Positions 41,137-50,438 of a stretch of DNA of 64,000 bases are shown piece by piece. The notes beneath the pieces were generated by a model. It made no database searches. It was not told the origin of the DNA and saw only the letters and a program-made list of their open reading frames with translations. Both the position numbers and the translations under genes were made by a program. How positions within the stretch are numbered: the stretch's first letter is position 1; the number at the start of each line of letters is the position of its first letter. Source of the stretch: Vulcanimicrobiota bacterium. GTDB lineage: Bacteria > Vulcanimicrobiota > Vulcanimicrobiia > Vulcanimicrobiales > Vulcanimicrobiaceae. The stretch is from the NCBI GenBank assembly GCA_963820825.1, contig CAWGBN010000006.1:544001-608000 (forward strand), in the 5' to 3' direction.

Positions 41137-42144
41137 GTGACCGGCGTTTCTCGTTCGCTCCTCGCATTGGTAATCGCGGCGGCCGCGGCCGCGGCCGTGG
41201 TCGCGCACGGGACGATCGACGTTATCGCCGATTTTTTGGTCGCGCACGCAAGCTACGACGACGTTTCCAGCCACGACTCGCGCGGGCTGGTCGTTACGAT
41301 CGCCGCTCTGTTCGCCGGTGTCGTTGCCTTGCATGGCCTGCGGCTCTGCTGCGACGTGGCGGCCAATCGAACGCTTGCGTCGATGCGGGCGCCGAGCTGG
41401 CGGAGCGCACCCTTCTTCGTCGGTGCGACGATGCTGCTCGCATCGGTGATCGTCCCTTTGATGGAGGTATTCGACTCGCGATTGGCCGGTACGACGGTGA
41501 CGGACCTCGACGACGCGTTCGGCGGATCCGTGCTCCTCGGCCTGGTCACGACGCTCGCATGCGCAGCCGTCACCGCGATCGCAGTGTTCGCATTGGCGCG
41601 CTGGATTCTCTCGCATCGAGAGCGTATCATAGCCGCGATCGCCGGGATTACTCGCTCCCGTTCGCAAGCGCTTACCGGCCTTCGGCGCTCGCGCACCCTC
41701 GCCGATGCTCCAATCTGCCCGCGCAGGCTTTCCGCACTGCGGCGCGGTAAGCGCGCCCCTCCCCGTCAAGCCCTTCGCCACCCACAAACACTCGATACAC
41801 ATTGCGAGGGCAGATATGCTTCCTATGCTTATTGCGGCGTGCTGCATGATCGGCGGCACGGTCCAGACGCCCGGCGGCGCGCCGATTGCTCACGCGCAGC
41901 TCTCGCTGCGCGGTCCGGCCACCACCCAGACGACGACCGACGACAAAGGCGAGTTCTCGGTTCAGATTCCTCCGGGGCGATACGATCTCGCCGTCGTCGC
42001 GCGCGGATACTTGACGGTGACCGTCAACACCGGCGAGGTCACCGACGGTTCGCGAATCCGGGTCGTGCTCGAGCCGAGCGATACGCCGAAGCTGCGTACC
42101 ATCGGACAAGTCACGGTGAACGGCGGATTTACGCTCGATCGTAA
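41137..42144 (+). CDS. Four-TM upstream protein with RAPP motif (candidate ribosome-arrest leader); true 3' end uncertain
   Basis: Four hydrophobic helices, Arg-rich linker, RRGKRAPP with RAPP at 41752-41763; ORF continues out of frame into the receptor gene. Confidence 0.7.
   Translation: MTGVSRSLLALVIAAAAAAAVVAHGTIDVIADFLVAHASYDDVSSHDSRGLVVTIAALFAGVVALHGLRLCCDVAANRTLASMRAPSWRSAPFFVGATMLLASVIVPLMEVFDSRLAGTTVTDLDDAFGGSVLLGLVTTLACAAVTAIAVFALARWILSHRERIIAAIAGITRSRSQALTGLRRSRTLADAPICPRRLSALRRGKRAPPRQALRHPQTLDTHCEGRYASYAYCGVLHDRRHGPDARRRADCSRAALAARSGHHPDDDRRQRRVLGSDSSGAIRSRRRRARILDGDRQHRRGHRRFANPGRARAERYAEAAYHRTSHGERRIYARS
41770..41811 (+). promoter_or_regulatory. Putative SD-sequestering hairpin of the TonB-dependent receptor
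   Basis: GCCCTTCGC (41770-41778) can pair with GCGAGGGC (41804-41811), which contains the GAGGG SD before ATG 41816. Confidence 0.5.
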
Positions 42145-44248
42145 CGTGATCCCGGAGATGGACGTCTCACGCGCGCAGATGGATGCGCTCGGATACACGC
42201 AAGTGCTCGAGGCACTCCAGCAAGTGCCGTCGGTGGTCATTCAGCGGCCCGATGCGGGTGCGCCGACGACGCCCGCGGTCGTCTCGCTGCGTGGGCCCGA
42301 TCCGTCGGAGGCAATGGTCACGCTCGACGGCCAGCAGCTCAACGACGGAAATACCGGCGATATCGATCTCTCGCAGTTTGCGGTGCCGGCATTCAATAGC
42401 GTCAACGTCACCGAGGGTCTCGGGCCAACCGACTTGGAGGGAAGCAATACGTTCGGCGGCGCGGTCAACTTCGTCTCGCTGCGTCCGACGCAAGAGGATC
42501 ACTTCAGCTTATCCACCTCGGCGGGCTCCTACGGAGCGACCCAGACTTGGCTCAACGCGACCGGCGCGATCGGAAAGCTCGGCTACGCCATCGCCGGCGA
42601 CAACTTCCAGCAGATCGGCCAAGTAAACGAGTACGATTGGATCGTTCCTTCGAACAATTTGCCGACCTACTGCGGCCCGCAGACCAAGACGAAGACGCCG
42701 AACTGTCCCTTCCAAGCGCACCTCGGTTCGACGATTTCGGCGCGACTGGGACTCGTCAACCTCGATTACAATTTCTCCCAGCGCTCGGACGTCGGTTTTC
42801 GCGTCTTCACGCTCGGGGACAATCGCGACGAATCGAGCGCATTGAACGGAATCGCCGGGAATCCGACCTGCGTCTTTAGCGGACCGGGGCCGGGCTGCGC
42901 CTTCGGACCGTCGGGATCGGGGTCGCAGAACGAGGTGGCAAATCCCGCCTACGGCGACCACATCGGCCAGGGCAGCGCGAACTTCGCGCAGAGCATCCGC
43001 GCCTACGACGGCTACTCGCGAACGCCGTTGGGCTCCGGCATTCTTCTAGCCGACTTTTTTGCGACCGACAACAACATCGATTTCCAAGGCGGTGCGATTT
43101 CGCCGTACGACGTCTCGCACGTCGACACGCGCTACAGCGAGGGACTTTCGTGGGGCAGGACGTTCGATGGAGGCGAGTTCGCATTCGGCGGATATCTGCG
43201 CCAAGAGTCGCTCGCCGGGCTGGGCATCACCGAGACGCTCGGGCAGGGCATTCAATCGTACTTCTTCCGCGGCGCTCAACAGTTCGGAAACGTCAGGCTC
43301 TCCGGCGGACTCTACGATTCGCAGTACTCGACCTTCGGCAACACGCTGAACTGGCGGTTGGGATTGAGCGACGATCTCGGCTCCTCGAGCGTGGTGCGCT
43401 TCTCGGCCGGGACCGGCTTTCGGGCGCCGTTGCTCGCCGAACGCTACTTCTTCCCGCCCGTTACCGTAAACGGAAAGACCCAGCCGAATCCCGCGCTCGG
43501 GCCGCCCGATCAGAACTGCGTCGTTCCCAACGGAAATCCCGACGAACTGCCGGAGCACGCGACCGAGTACGAGCTCAGCTTCTCGCATCTCTTCTCGAGC
43601 CGTTCGAGTCTCGACGTGTCGATCTATCGCTCGAACCTGCGCGATACGATCGAGAACTATTACCCGGGCGGCGGCGCGCAGAGCTTCTGCGGAACCGCGC
43701 TCGGCTTTGCTTACGAGATTCCGATCAACATCGGCAACGCCGTCTACGAAGGCGCCGAAGCGCGATACAAGCAGACGTTTCCGAGCTTGAACCTCACGAC
43801 GACGCTCTCGTACGGGCTCAACGTCGCCTATCCGTACGCGCTCGGCCCGTGGGTGTCCAACCCCACGTCGGGCGGCACGCTCGTCGACAACCAGCAGTTC
43901 CTCGGCGTACCGCAACAGCAAGGTTCGGCCGTCTTCACCTGGGCGGAGAACGGCTGGCACGCATCCACCGCGTTTACGTTTGCGGGTAGAAATAACACGC
44001 TCTCGCAGCCGCCCTATACGCTCATCGACGGCGCCATCGGCAGGAACTTCGGCCGGCTCGACTTCACGATCGCGGCGACGAACATCTTTAACGCCGCCTC
44101 GGGTCCGTTCACGCTCTACGATGCCGGAGTTCCCTATCGCGGGCTCTACTCCGGCCCGAACAACACGTCGTACCTGGCCAATACGCCGACCGACGCGCTC
44201 TTCATCGAGCCGGCTTCGGTCAAGTTCATCGTAACCTTCCACCAGTGA
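41816..44248 (+). CDS. TonB-dependent receptor with N-terminal carboxypeptidase-regulatory-like domain
   Basis: TTTDDKGEF...PGRYDL; plug SLRGPDP...VTLDG; FGGAVNF; GTGFRAP; LPEHATEYE. Confidence 0.9.
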   Translation: MLPMLIAACCMIGGTVQTPGGAPIAHAQLSLRGPATTQTTTDDKGEFSVQIPPGRYDLAVVARGYLTVTVNTGEVTDGSRIRVVLEPSDTPKLRTIGQVTVNGGFTLDRNVIPEMDVSRAQMDALGYTQVLEALQQVPSVVIQRPDAGAPTTPAVVSLRGPDPSEAMVTLDGQQLNDGNTGDIDLSQFAVPAFNSVNVTEGLGPTDLEGSNTFGGAVNFVSLRPTQEDHFSLSTSAGSYGATQTWLNATGAIGKLGYAIAGDNFQQIGQVNEYDWIVPSNNLPTYCGPQTKTKTPNCPFQAHLGSTISARLGLVNLDYNFSQRSDVGFRVFTLGDNRDESSALNGIAGNPTCVFSGPGPGCAFGPSGSGSQNEVANPAYGDHIGQGSANFAQSIRAYDGYSRTPLGSGILLADFFATDNNIDFQGGAISPYDVSHVDTRYSEGLSWGRTFDGGEFAFGGYLRQESLAGLGITETLGQGIQSYFFRGAQQFGNVRLSGGLYDSQYSTFGNTLNWRLGLSDDLGSSSVVRFSAGTGFRAPLLAERYFFPPVTVNGKTQPNPALGPPDQNCVVPNGNPDELPEHATEYELSFSHLFSSRSSLDVSIYRSNLRDTIENYYPGGGAQSFCGTALGFAYEIPINIGNAVYEGAEARYKQTFPSLNLTTTLSYGLNVAYPYALGPWVSNPTSGGTLVDNQQFLGVPQQQGSAVFTWAENGWHASTAFTFAGRNNTLSQPPYTLIDGAIGRNFGRLDFTIAATNIFNAASGPFTLYDAGVPYRGLYSGPNNTSYLANTPTDALFIEPASVKFIVTFHQ

Positions 44249-45258
44249 CGGAGGTGATGCGGGCCCTTCGTCTCCACGAGATCGGCGGCCCCGCAAACCT
44301 TCGCGTCGATGCGGTCGGCATTCCCGAGATTCGCGCCGACGAAGCGCTGGTGCGGGTGCGGGCAGCCGCGCTCAATCGCCGCGATCTCTTCATCACGCAA
44401 GGGCTATATCCGAAGATCCGCCTGCCGGTCACCCTTGGATCCGACGGCGCGGGTGAAGTCGCCGCGCTCGGCTCGGTCGTCGCCGATCTCGAAGTCGGCG
44501 ACGAGGTCGTGATCGATCCGATGCTGGGGTGGGGCGACGACCCGCGCGTCTGGGATGCGGGCAACGCGACGATTCTCGGCATGCCGCGCGAGGGAACCTT
44601 TGCTCAGTACGTCGCGGTGCCGCTCGACAACGTCTATCGTAAGCCGAAGCCGCTCTCGATGGAGGAGGCCGCGGCTATACCGCTCGCCGGCTTGACGGCG
44701 TACCGCGCGCTCTTCACCCGCGGCGCGGTGAAGCCGGGGGAGACGGTGCTCGTCACCGGTGTCGGCGGCGGCGTTCAGACCTTCGTGCTGCTCTTCGCCA
44801 AGCACGCAGGCGCACGCGCGATCGTTACCTCGAGCAGCGATGCAAAACTCGAGCGCGCGCGCGCACTCGGGGCCGACCTCGCGATCAACTATGCGACGAA
44901 CCCTGAGTGGACGACGCTGCTGCGCTCGACCGGACCGGTCGACCTCGTCGTCGACTCGTCGGGCGGCGAGACGTTACGCAAGGCGCTCGACATCGTACGT
45001 CCCGGCGGACGGATCGTCGTCTACGGCGGCACGAACGGCGACGCCACGATCAAACCCTTTCCGCTCTTCTGGAAACACGTAACGATCCTCGGCACGTCGA
45101 TGGGGAGTCCGCAAGACTTCGCCGCGATGCTCGAGCTATTCGAGGATGGGCTGCGGCCGGCCGTCGACCACGTCTTTGCGCTCGACGATTCCGTTGCCGC
45201 GTTCGAGCGTTTGGCCGCGGCGGATCAGTTCGGGAAGATCGTCGTTCGGACCGGCTAG
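44245..45258 (+). CDS. MDR-family (quinone) oxidoreductase
   Basis: AALNRRD, LGSDGAG, TGVGGGV, QFGKIV; alternative ATG at 44257. Confidence 0.9.
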   Translation: MTEVMRALRLHEIGGPANLRVDAVGIPEIRADEALVRVRAAALNRRDLFITQGLYPKIRLPVTLGSDGAGEVAALGSVVADLEVGDEVVIDPMLGWGDDPRVWDAGNATILGMPREGTFAQYVAVPLDNVYRKPKPLSMEEAAAIPLAGLTAYRALFTRGAVKPGETVLVTGVGGGVQTFVLLFAKHAGARAIVTSSSDAKLERARALGADLAINYATNPEWTTLLRSTGPVDLVVDSSGGETLRKALDIVRPGGRIVVYGGTNGDATIKPFPLFWKHVTILGTSMGSPQDFAAMLELFEDGLRPAVDHVFALDDSVAAFERLAAADQFGKIVVRTG

Positions 45259-45866
45259 CGCTCCGGTTTGCCGTCGCAGCTTCCGTCGGGCGGCGGCGCG
45301 TCGCGATAGATCGGCCCGGCGTGCGCGACCGGCATTCCGTCGCGCGGCCAAAGCACGACCGGCACTGCGCCCCCCGGCGTCAGCTTTCGTTCGCACGCGA
45401 TTACCGCGTGCGATTTCGACTTCGCCGTCCCGCCGATCCAGAGATCGAACCAGAGCTTGTGACAACCTTGGCTGCCGCTGCCGCTCTTAGGCCCCGACGC
45501 GGCGCAGAGATCCTCGCGAATGAAGTACTGCTTGATGAACGGCACGTAGATCTTGGTGCCATAGGGAATCGTCTTACTGTTCGCGCGTTCCGTTGCAAAG
45601 GTCGTCGGATTGCAGTACGTGCCGTCCCCGCCTGCGCGCCGGTGAATCACCGGGTGGGCGATTTGATCTCCCGGCGGCGAGTTGTCGGGCCAGCCGTAAA
45701 AGGTAATCGTCGCGCGAACGCGCGCCGGATCTTGCTTCACGACGTAGCATGACTGCGGTCGTACCGCAGTGGAGTGCGAGGTAGGAGGCGCCGGGTTCGT
45801 TATCGCTTGCGGTCCGCACGCCGCAAGCGATACGATGCCGAGCAGAGCCGCGAGCCGGCCGTTCAT
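45255..45866 (-). CDS. Cys-containing lipoprotein, possibly 3D/double-psi barrel-like
   Basis: Lipobox LAAC; TFYGWPDNSPP, GTKIYVP, EDLC, FDLWIG. Confidence 0.65.
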   Translation of the reverse strand: MNGRLAALLGIVSLAACGPQAITNPAPPTSHSTAVRPQSCYVVKQDPARVRATITFYGWPDNSPPGDQIAHPVIHRRAGGDGTYCNPTTFATERANSKTIPYGTKIYVPFIKQYFIREDLCAASGPKSGSGSQGCHKLWFDLWIGGTAKSKSHAVIACERKLTPGGAVPVVLWPRDGMPVAHAGPIYRDAPPPDGSCDGKPER

Positions 45867-46771
45867 AACGAGTATGAGTTCAGCGACTCCAGCCGCAGTT
45901 CCGTTCCGAGCTCGGCGACGATGAAGGCGGCCTCGTCGGGTCCGACCATCTCCTCGATGCGCGGGTTGAGGATCGTCGCTTCGTCGGCGGTCATCGCCCG
46001 GTCGAGCGGCCGCGAGACGACGCGACCCTCGTTCTCGAGTGCGATAAGGTGCGCGAGAATCTGACGCGCCATCGCGGGCCAGAGCACCTGGCGCTGCGGC
46101 GAGTAGATGCGCTTCACGAGATCGGGAATCGTCAAGGCTCCGTCACGCAGCGCGTCGAGAATCTGCTGCTCGCGCATCTGGCGGTGTTCGATGTACTCCT
46201 CGATCTTGGCCGCGGGATCGGTGACGGCCGGTCCGTGTCCGCCGTAAATAGTGCGCGCTTCGCCGAACTCGTCGGCGAGGCGCCGCAGGGTCTGTTGATA
46301 GGGGCGCATCGCACCACCGGGCGGAGCGATTACCGTCGTGCCTTCACCGAGAATCGTATCGCCGGTGAAGAGCGCGCCTTCGTCACGCAGATAGAAAATC
46401 GCGTGGTCGAACGTATGTCCTGGCGCGTCGATCGTGCGCAGCGCCAGGTCGCCGGCGCGCAGATCGCCTTCGAGCGGAAGATCCGCGTCGTGCGGAATCT
46501 TACTCTTTGGGTGCGCGTAGAGCACCGCTTGCGTTGCGGCGATCAGTTTCGGCGCGCCGAGCCAGTGATCGGGATGGCCGTGCGTGATCGCGATCGTGCG
46601 GATCGCCAAGCCGCGACCCGAGGCGGCTTGCACGATCGCATCGATGTGGGCGTCGATCGGGGGCCCGGGATCGATCACCAGCGCTTCGCCGTTTCCGCAA
46701 TCGAGCACGTAGGCATTCGTGCCTTGCAGCGTCATCGCCGATGCATTGGGGGCGCGAACCGGCGTTACCAT
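45863..46771 (-). CDS. MBL-fold metallo-hydrolase (LACTB2-like)
   Basis: GTNAY, THGHPDH, PGHT, FTGD, GHG. Confidence 0.9.
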   Translation of the reverse strand: MVTPVRAPNASAMTLQGTNAYVLDCGNGEALVIDPGPPIDAHIDAIVQAASGRGLAIRTIAITHGHPDHWLGAPKLIAATQAVLYAHPKSKIPHDADLPLEGDLRAGDLALRTIDAPGHTFDHAIFYLRDEGALFTGDTILGEGTTVIAPPGGAMRPYQQTLRRLADEFGEARTIYGGHGPAVTDPAAKIEEYIEHRQMREQQILDALRDGALTIPDLVKRIYSPQRQVLWPAMARQILAHLIALENEGRVVSRPLDRAMTADEATILNPRIEEMVGPDEAAFIVAELGTELRLESLNSYSL

Positions 46772-47565
46772 GCGTTCTCGAGTGCCGCCGGTATCGCGAA
46801 GTCGTCGCCCGCATCGGCCGGGACGATCGTCAGCACGGGTTTGCTGCGCGCGAACTCGAGCGCCGCATCGACCGAGTCGAAGGCGGCGAGGCGCGCGAGA
46901 TGTTTGATCGTCGGATAGACGAGGTGCATCGTCCCGGCGCGCCCGCGATCGAGTGCCGCGGCCGGTGAGATCCAGATGCCGTCGTGCGTTTCGAATGCGT
47001 CCGCAAGCGGATCCTGGCCCGGCGGCGCGACGGCGAAGAAGAAGTGCGTGTTGTAGCGCCGCGGTTCGCTCGGCGGCGTGATCCAATGCGAGAAGAGCGA
47101 GAGCGCCTCGGCGTCGGCGTACCAATCGTGCGCCGTAAGAAAGTCGGCGAAGGCAAGCCTCTCGTCGCGCACCGCGACGCGCTCGCCGGCCGCGCGCTCC
47201 CACTCGTCGCCGGATGCGTCGATCGGCAACCCGCCGGTTGTACGTGCCAAGAGCACGCCGGTCTCTTCGAAGAGCTCGCGCAGCGCGGCGACGGTCAGGG
47301 CCCGCGCCGACTCGCGATCGACCGGCGGCTCGTCGCAGGCCAGCGCTTCGGGAAGTGCGGCGCGAAACTCGCGGTCGAGACGGTCAGCTTGCAGCCCGAG
47401 CGTGCGCGCGCGTACCGCCTCGGAGCGATCCTGGTCGGCGATGGTACCGCCGGGAAAGACGAATGCGTCCGGCGCGAAGGCGCTGCTCGCGCTGCGACGC
47501 GTCAGATAGACTTCAAATGGCGGCCGCGCCAAGATCACCGTCGCCGCCAACCGCACCCTGCTCAC
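46765..47565 (-). CDS. NUDIX hydrolase (NUDT19-like)
   Basis: VFPGG, AALRELFEETG, HWITP...RRYNTHFF. Confidence 0.88.
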   Translation of the reverse strand: MSRVRLAATVILARPPFEVYLTRRSASSAFAPDAFVFPGGTIADQDRSEAVRARTLGLQADRLDREFRAALPEALACDEPPVDRESARALTVAALRELFEETGVLLARTTGGLPIDASGDEWERAAGERVAVRDERLAFADFLTAHDWYADAEALSLFSHWITPPSEPRRYNTHFFFAVAPPGQDPLADAFETHDGIWISPAAALDRGRAGTMHLVYPTIKHLARLAAFDSVDAALEFARSKPVLTIVPADAGDDFAIPAALENAW

Positions 47566-47606
47566 GAACGGCTAGTCTGCCCGCGCGGCCCGGCGAATAC
47601 CTTTCC

Positions 47607-48041
47607 ATGCGAATAGCGCTCGGCAGCGACATGGCGGGAGAGCTCCCGGAGGCAATCGACTTATGGTTGCGCGCGCACGGCCACGAGGTGGCGCGGTTCG
47701 GCGCGCTCGCGCCGGGCGAAGAAGAGGCATGGCCCTCGGTCGGCCGTGCGGTCGCGCAATCCGTCGCCCGCGGTGAGTCGGAGTACGGCGTGCTCTGCTG
47801 TTGGACCGGCACCGGCGTGAGCATCGCCGCAAACAAGGTTACCGGCGCTCGAGCCGCGCTCTGCGCCGACGCCGCGACCGCGGGCGGCGCGCGCGAATGG
47901 AACGACGCGAACCTGCTCTGTATGAGCCTGCGAGCGACCTCGATTCCCGTAGCCCAAGAGATGCTCGAAGCCTGGTTCGCCGGCACGCCGACGCGCGACC
48001 CGGCCTACCGCGCAATGATCGACGCCGTCCGCAACAGCTAG
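47607..48041 (+). CDS. RpiB/LacA/LacB sugar-phosphate isomerase
   Basis: IALGSD, CWTGTGVSIAANKV, WNDANLL. Confidence 0.9.
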   Translation: MRIALGSDMAGELPEAIDLWLRAHGHEVARFGALAPGEEEAWPSVGRAVAQSVARGESEYGVLCCWTGTGVSIAANKVTGARAALCADAATAGGAREWNDANLLCMSLRATSIPVAQEMLEAWFAGTPTRDPAYRAMIDAVRNS

Positions 48042-48045
48042 AGCG

Positions 48046-48085
48046 AAAGAAAAAGCAGAGGGGCGGGGCACTCGCCCCACCCCCA
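48046..48085 (-). terminator. Rho-independent terminator
   Basis: GC-rich stem GGGGTGGGGC/GCCCCGCCCC followed by a T-rich tract on the minus strand. Confidence 0.7.
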
Positions 48086-48178
48086 GAATCTGCCGTTCAC
48101 CGGAGCGTAGAACTCACGCTACGAATCCGGCCCTCTCTCTCGGCGGTCGCGACGACGAGTCGCCGTCCAAACCCGAGA
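48046..48178 (-). ncRNA. Candidate small RNA
   Basis: Lies between a sigma70-like promoter and a terminator; internal hairpins; no ATG ORF. Confidence 0.4.
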
Positions 48179-48183
48179 GGCCG

Positions 48184-48213
48184 ATTCTAACAAAATCAGG
48201 TGCCCCGATTCAA
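48184..48213 (-). promoter_or_regulatory. Sigma70-like promoter TTGAAT-N18-TAGAAT with extended TG
   Basis: Direct motif match on the minus strand. Confidence 0.55.
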
Positions 48214-48600
48214 TACGTCTGGAAGAAATAACCAACCGCCGAGAAGGAGCAAGCACCAGTTTATTGCGTGCGAGGTCCAGCAGAACGGGCACGCCCGGCG
48301 GGTCACGAAGATCAGCGAGTAGCCCAGATAGAGCGATGACGCCGCCGCCAAGAGCATCGCTGCCAGGAAAACGAGCTCGGCGGCCGCTCCGCGTACGAGC
48401 CAGACTGCGACGGCGACGGCCGGATAGTAGATCGTTCCGACCATCGAGTTAGGAAGACCGAAAAGGTGCGCCCTGGGCGTTTTTACCACGCTGGGACCTT
48501 CAATCTCGCCTCGTGCAGCTCGCCGGCTCTTATTCAGCATGAAAAGCGAGGCGTAGAGCCCAACTCCGCACAATAACGTGATGATCCCCTTGACAACCAC
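48196..48600 (-). CDS. Vitamin K epoxide reductase (VKOR) family protein
   Basis: SVV...LFGLPNS, CPFC, TM helices. Confidence 0.8.
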   Translation of the reverse strand: MVVKGIITLLCGVGLYASLFMLNKSRRAARGEIEGPSVVKTPRAHLFGLPNSMVGTIYYPAVAVAVWLVRGAAAELVFLAAMLLAAASSLYLGYSLIFVTRRACPFCWTSHAINWCLLLLGGWLFLPDVLNRGT

Positions 48601-48603
48601 CGC

Positions 48604-49254
48604 TTGAATCGCCTCCTTCGCAAGGGTGCGGCCCTCGCGCTGCTCGCCGCTTCGTTTTTGCTGGCATATCTGGTCATCCGCGATCAACCGCGCGTTGCGC
48701 ACGAGATTCGGACGATCGGCCCCTTCGCCTACCCGCTCGCCGTTGCAGTCTTTGTGGTGGTCGCCTCGGCGCCGTTTTCGGTGACCGACGCGCTCGCGAT
48801 CATGAACGGCGCGATCTTCGGCCCGGTCAAGGGAACCCTCGTCGACATCTTCGGTCTCATCGGAGCGGCGCTGCTGGGATATTGGATCAATCGTCACGCG
48901 ACGCGCCTTTGGCGTCTCGAAGAGTACTTGCACCGGCTCCCCGCCTGGGTCAAGCGCTTCCCGGTCGGCTCGCCCGCGTTCTTGCTCGCAGTGCGCGTCA
49001 TTCCCGGTTTCGGCGGAACGGTCGCCACCGCGAGCGCGGCCGCGTTTCGCGTCCCCGTCTGGGTACACGTTTGGACGATGTGCGCGATCGCCATTCCCAT
49101 CTGTGCCCTGCTGACGATCTTCGGCGACCGGGTTACGGTTGCGCTGCACGGATACGAGGCGCGCGCGCGGCACTACGCTCGCCATTACTGCGAAACGCAC
49201 CGCTGCCCGCACTTTCACTTCCGCCGTTTCGAAACGGCCTCGCCGGCGCCGTGA
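48604..49254 (+). CDS. TVP38/TMEM64 (DedA/VTT) family membrane protein
   Basis: GAIFGPVKG, GAALLGYWI, RVIPG. Confidence 0.8.
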   Translation: MNRLLRKGAALALLAASFLLAYLVIRDQPRVAHEIRTIGPFAYPLAVAVFVVVASAPFSVTDALAIMNGAIFGPVKGTLVDIFGLIGAALLGYWINRHATRLWRLEEYLHRLPAWVKRFPVGSPAFLLAVRVIPGFGGTVATASAAAFRVPVWVHVWTMCAIAIPICALLTIFGDRVTVALHGYEARARHYARHYCETHRCPHFHFRRFETASPAP

Positions 49255-50438
49255 CGACGCCGCAGATCGTTACCGAGACGAGCGGCTTCGAGCGGCTCTG
49301 CAAGCGCGTAAGCGAGGCGGAACGCGTCGGGATCGATACGGAGTTTCACGCCGAGCGAACCTACTCGCCACGGCTCATGGTGGTGCAGCTTGCCTTCGAC
49401 GACGGCGCCGCAATCGTCGACGCGCTCGCGCTCTCCAATCTGCGCCCGCTCGCGCTCGCGCTGACGCATACGACGGTGGTCGGCCACGCGCTCTCGGCCG
49501 ACTTGAAAATTCTCGCGGATCGATTCGATCTCGTGGCGCCGCGCGTCTTCGACACGCAGATCGCCGCGGCGTTTCTCGGCTACGGCATGCAGGTTTCGCT
49601 CGCCGACTTGGTGCGCGGCGTATGCGGCGTGCGGCTCGCAAAATCGCAGACGGTCAGCGATTGGTCGGCGCGCCCGCTCTCCGACCGTCAGATCGAGTAT
49701 CTCGTCGGCGACGTCGCCTACCTCTTGCCGCTCTACGATGCGTTGCGTGCGCGCCTGGAGGAGAACGGGCGCTACGAGTGGGTCTACGAGGAGTGCGCCG
49801 AGCTGGGCGATATCGAACGCTATCGCACCGACGAGCGGCGTGCCTATCTACGAATTCCGGGCGCGACGCGCATGAGCCGCCGCGAGCTCGGCATCCTCAA
49901 CGAGTTGGTGAAGCTGCGCGATGGAATTGCGCGCGATCGCGATATTCCGGTTCGGTACGTGCTGCCCGACGACGTCGTTGCCGGTCTAACGACACTCAAG
50001 CCTACGTCGATCGAGGAGCTCGGCCAACTCCGGCGGCTCGATGCCGGGATGAAACGTCAGCTCGGCAACGCGATTCTGCAAGCCGTTGCGCGGGGGCAGG
50101 CGCTCGACGAAGCCGATCTCCCGCAACGTCCGTCGCGGCCGGCCGCGCCCGCGCGCGACGCGCTCGTTTCGCTGCTCGGCGCGGCGGTTGCGGAGATCGC
50201 GCGGGACGCCAGCCTGCCGCCGAGTCTGCTCGTACCGCGCGCGGCGATCGAGCGCCTCGCGCGCGAGGTGCCGCAAGACCGAACCGCTTTCGAGCGCGTA
50301 CTCGCGCTGCAACCCTGGCGCCTATCGCTGGTCGCCGATCCGCTCTGGCGTCTGCTCACCGGCGGGGCATCGCTCAAGATCGAAGGCTACGCGCACGGCG
50401 ACCCAAAAGTACGGCTATCCGATGAATCACCCCAATAG
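49251..50438 (+). CDS. rnd: Ribonuclease D
   Basis: [31 protein letters not shown] region. Confidence 0.9.
   Translation: MTTPQIVTETSGFERLCKRVSEAERVGIDTEFHAERTYSPRLMVVQLAFDDGAAIVDALALSNLRPLALALTHTTVVGHALSADLKILADRFDLVAPRVFDTQIAAAFLGYGMQVSLADLVRGVCGVRLAKSQTVSDWSARPLSDRQIEYLVGDVAYLLPLYDALRARLEENGRYEWVYEECAELGDIERYRTDERRAYLRIPGATRMSRRELGILNELVKLRDGIARDRDIPVRYVLPDDVVAGLTTLKPTSIEELGQLRRLDAGMKRQLGNAILQAVARGQALDEADLPQRPSRPAAPARDALVSLLGAAVAEIARDASLPPSLLVPRAAIERLAREVPQDRTAFERVLALQPWRLSLVADPLWRLLTGGASLKIEGYAHGDPKVRLSDESPQ

Noticed and set aside
45863..47565. NUDIX + MBL pair as a defence system
   Set aside because: A common housekeeping pairing (NUDT19-like with LACTB2-like) with no defence context
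50086..50421. N-terminal extension of AcnA (1032-aa ORF)
   Set aside because: Lies inside rnd; AcnA-like sequence begins at ATG 50422
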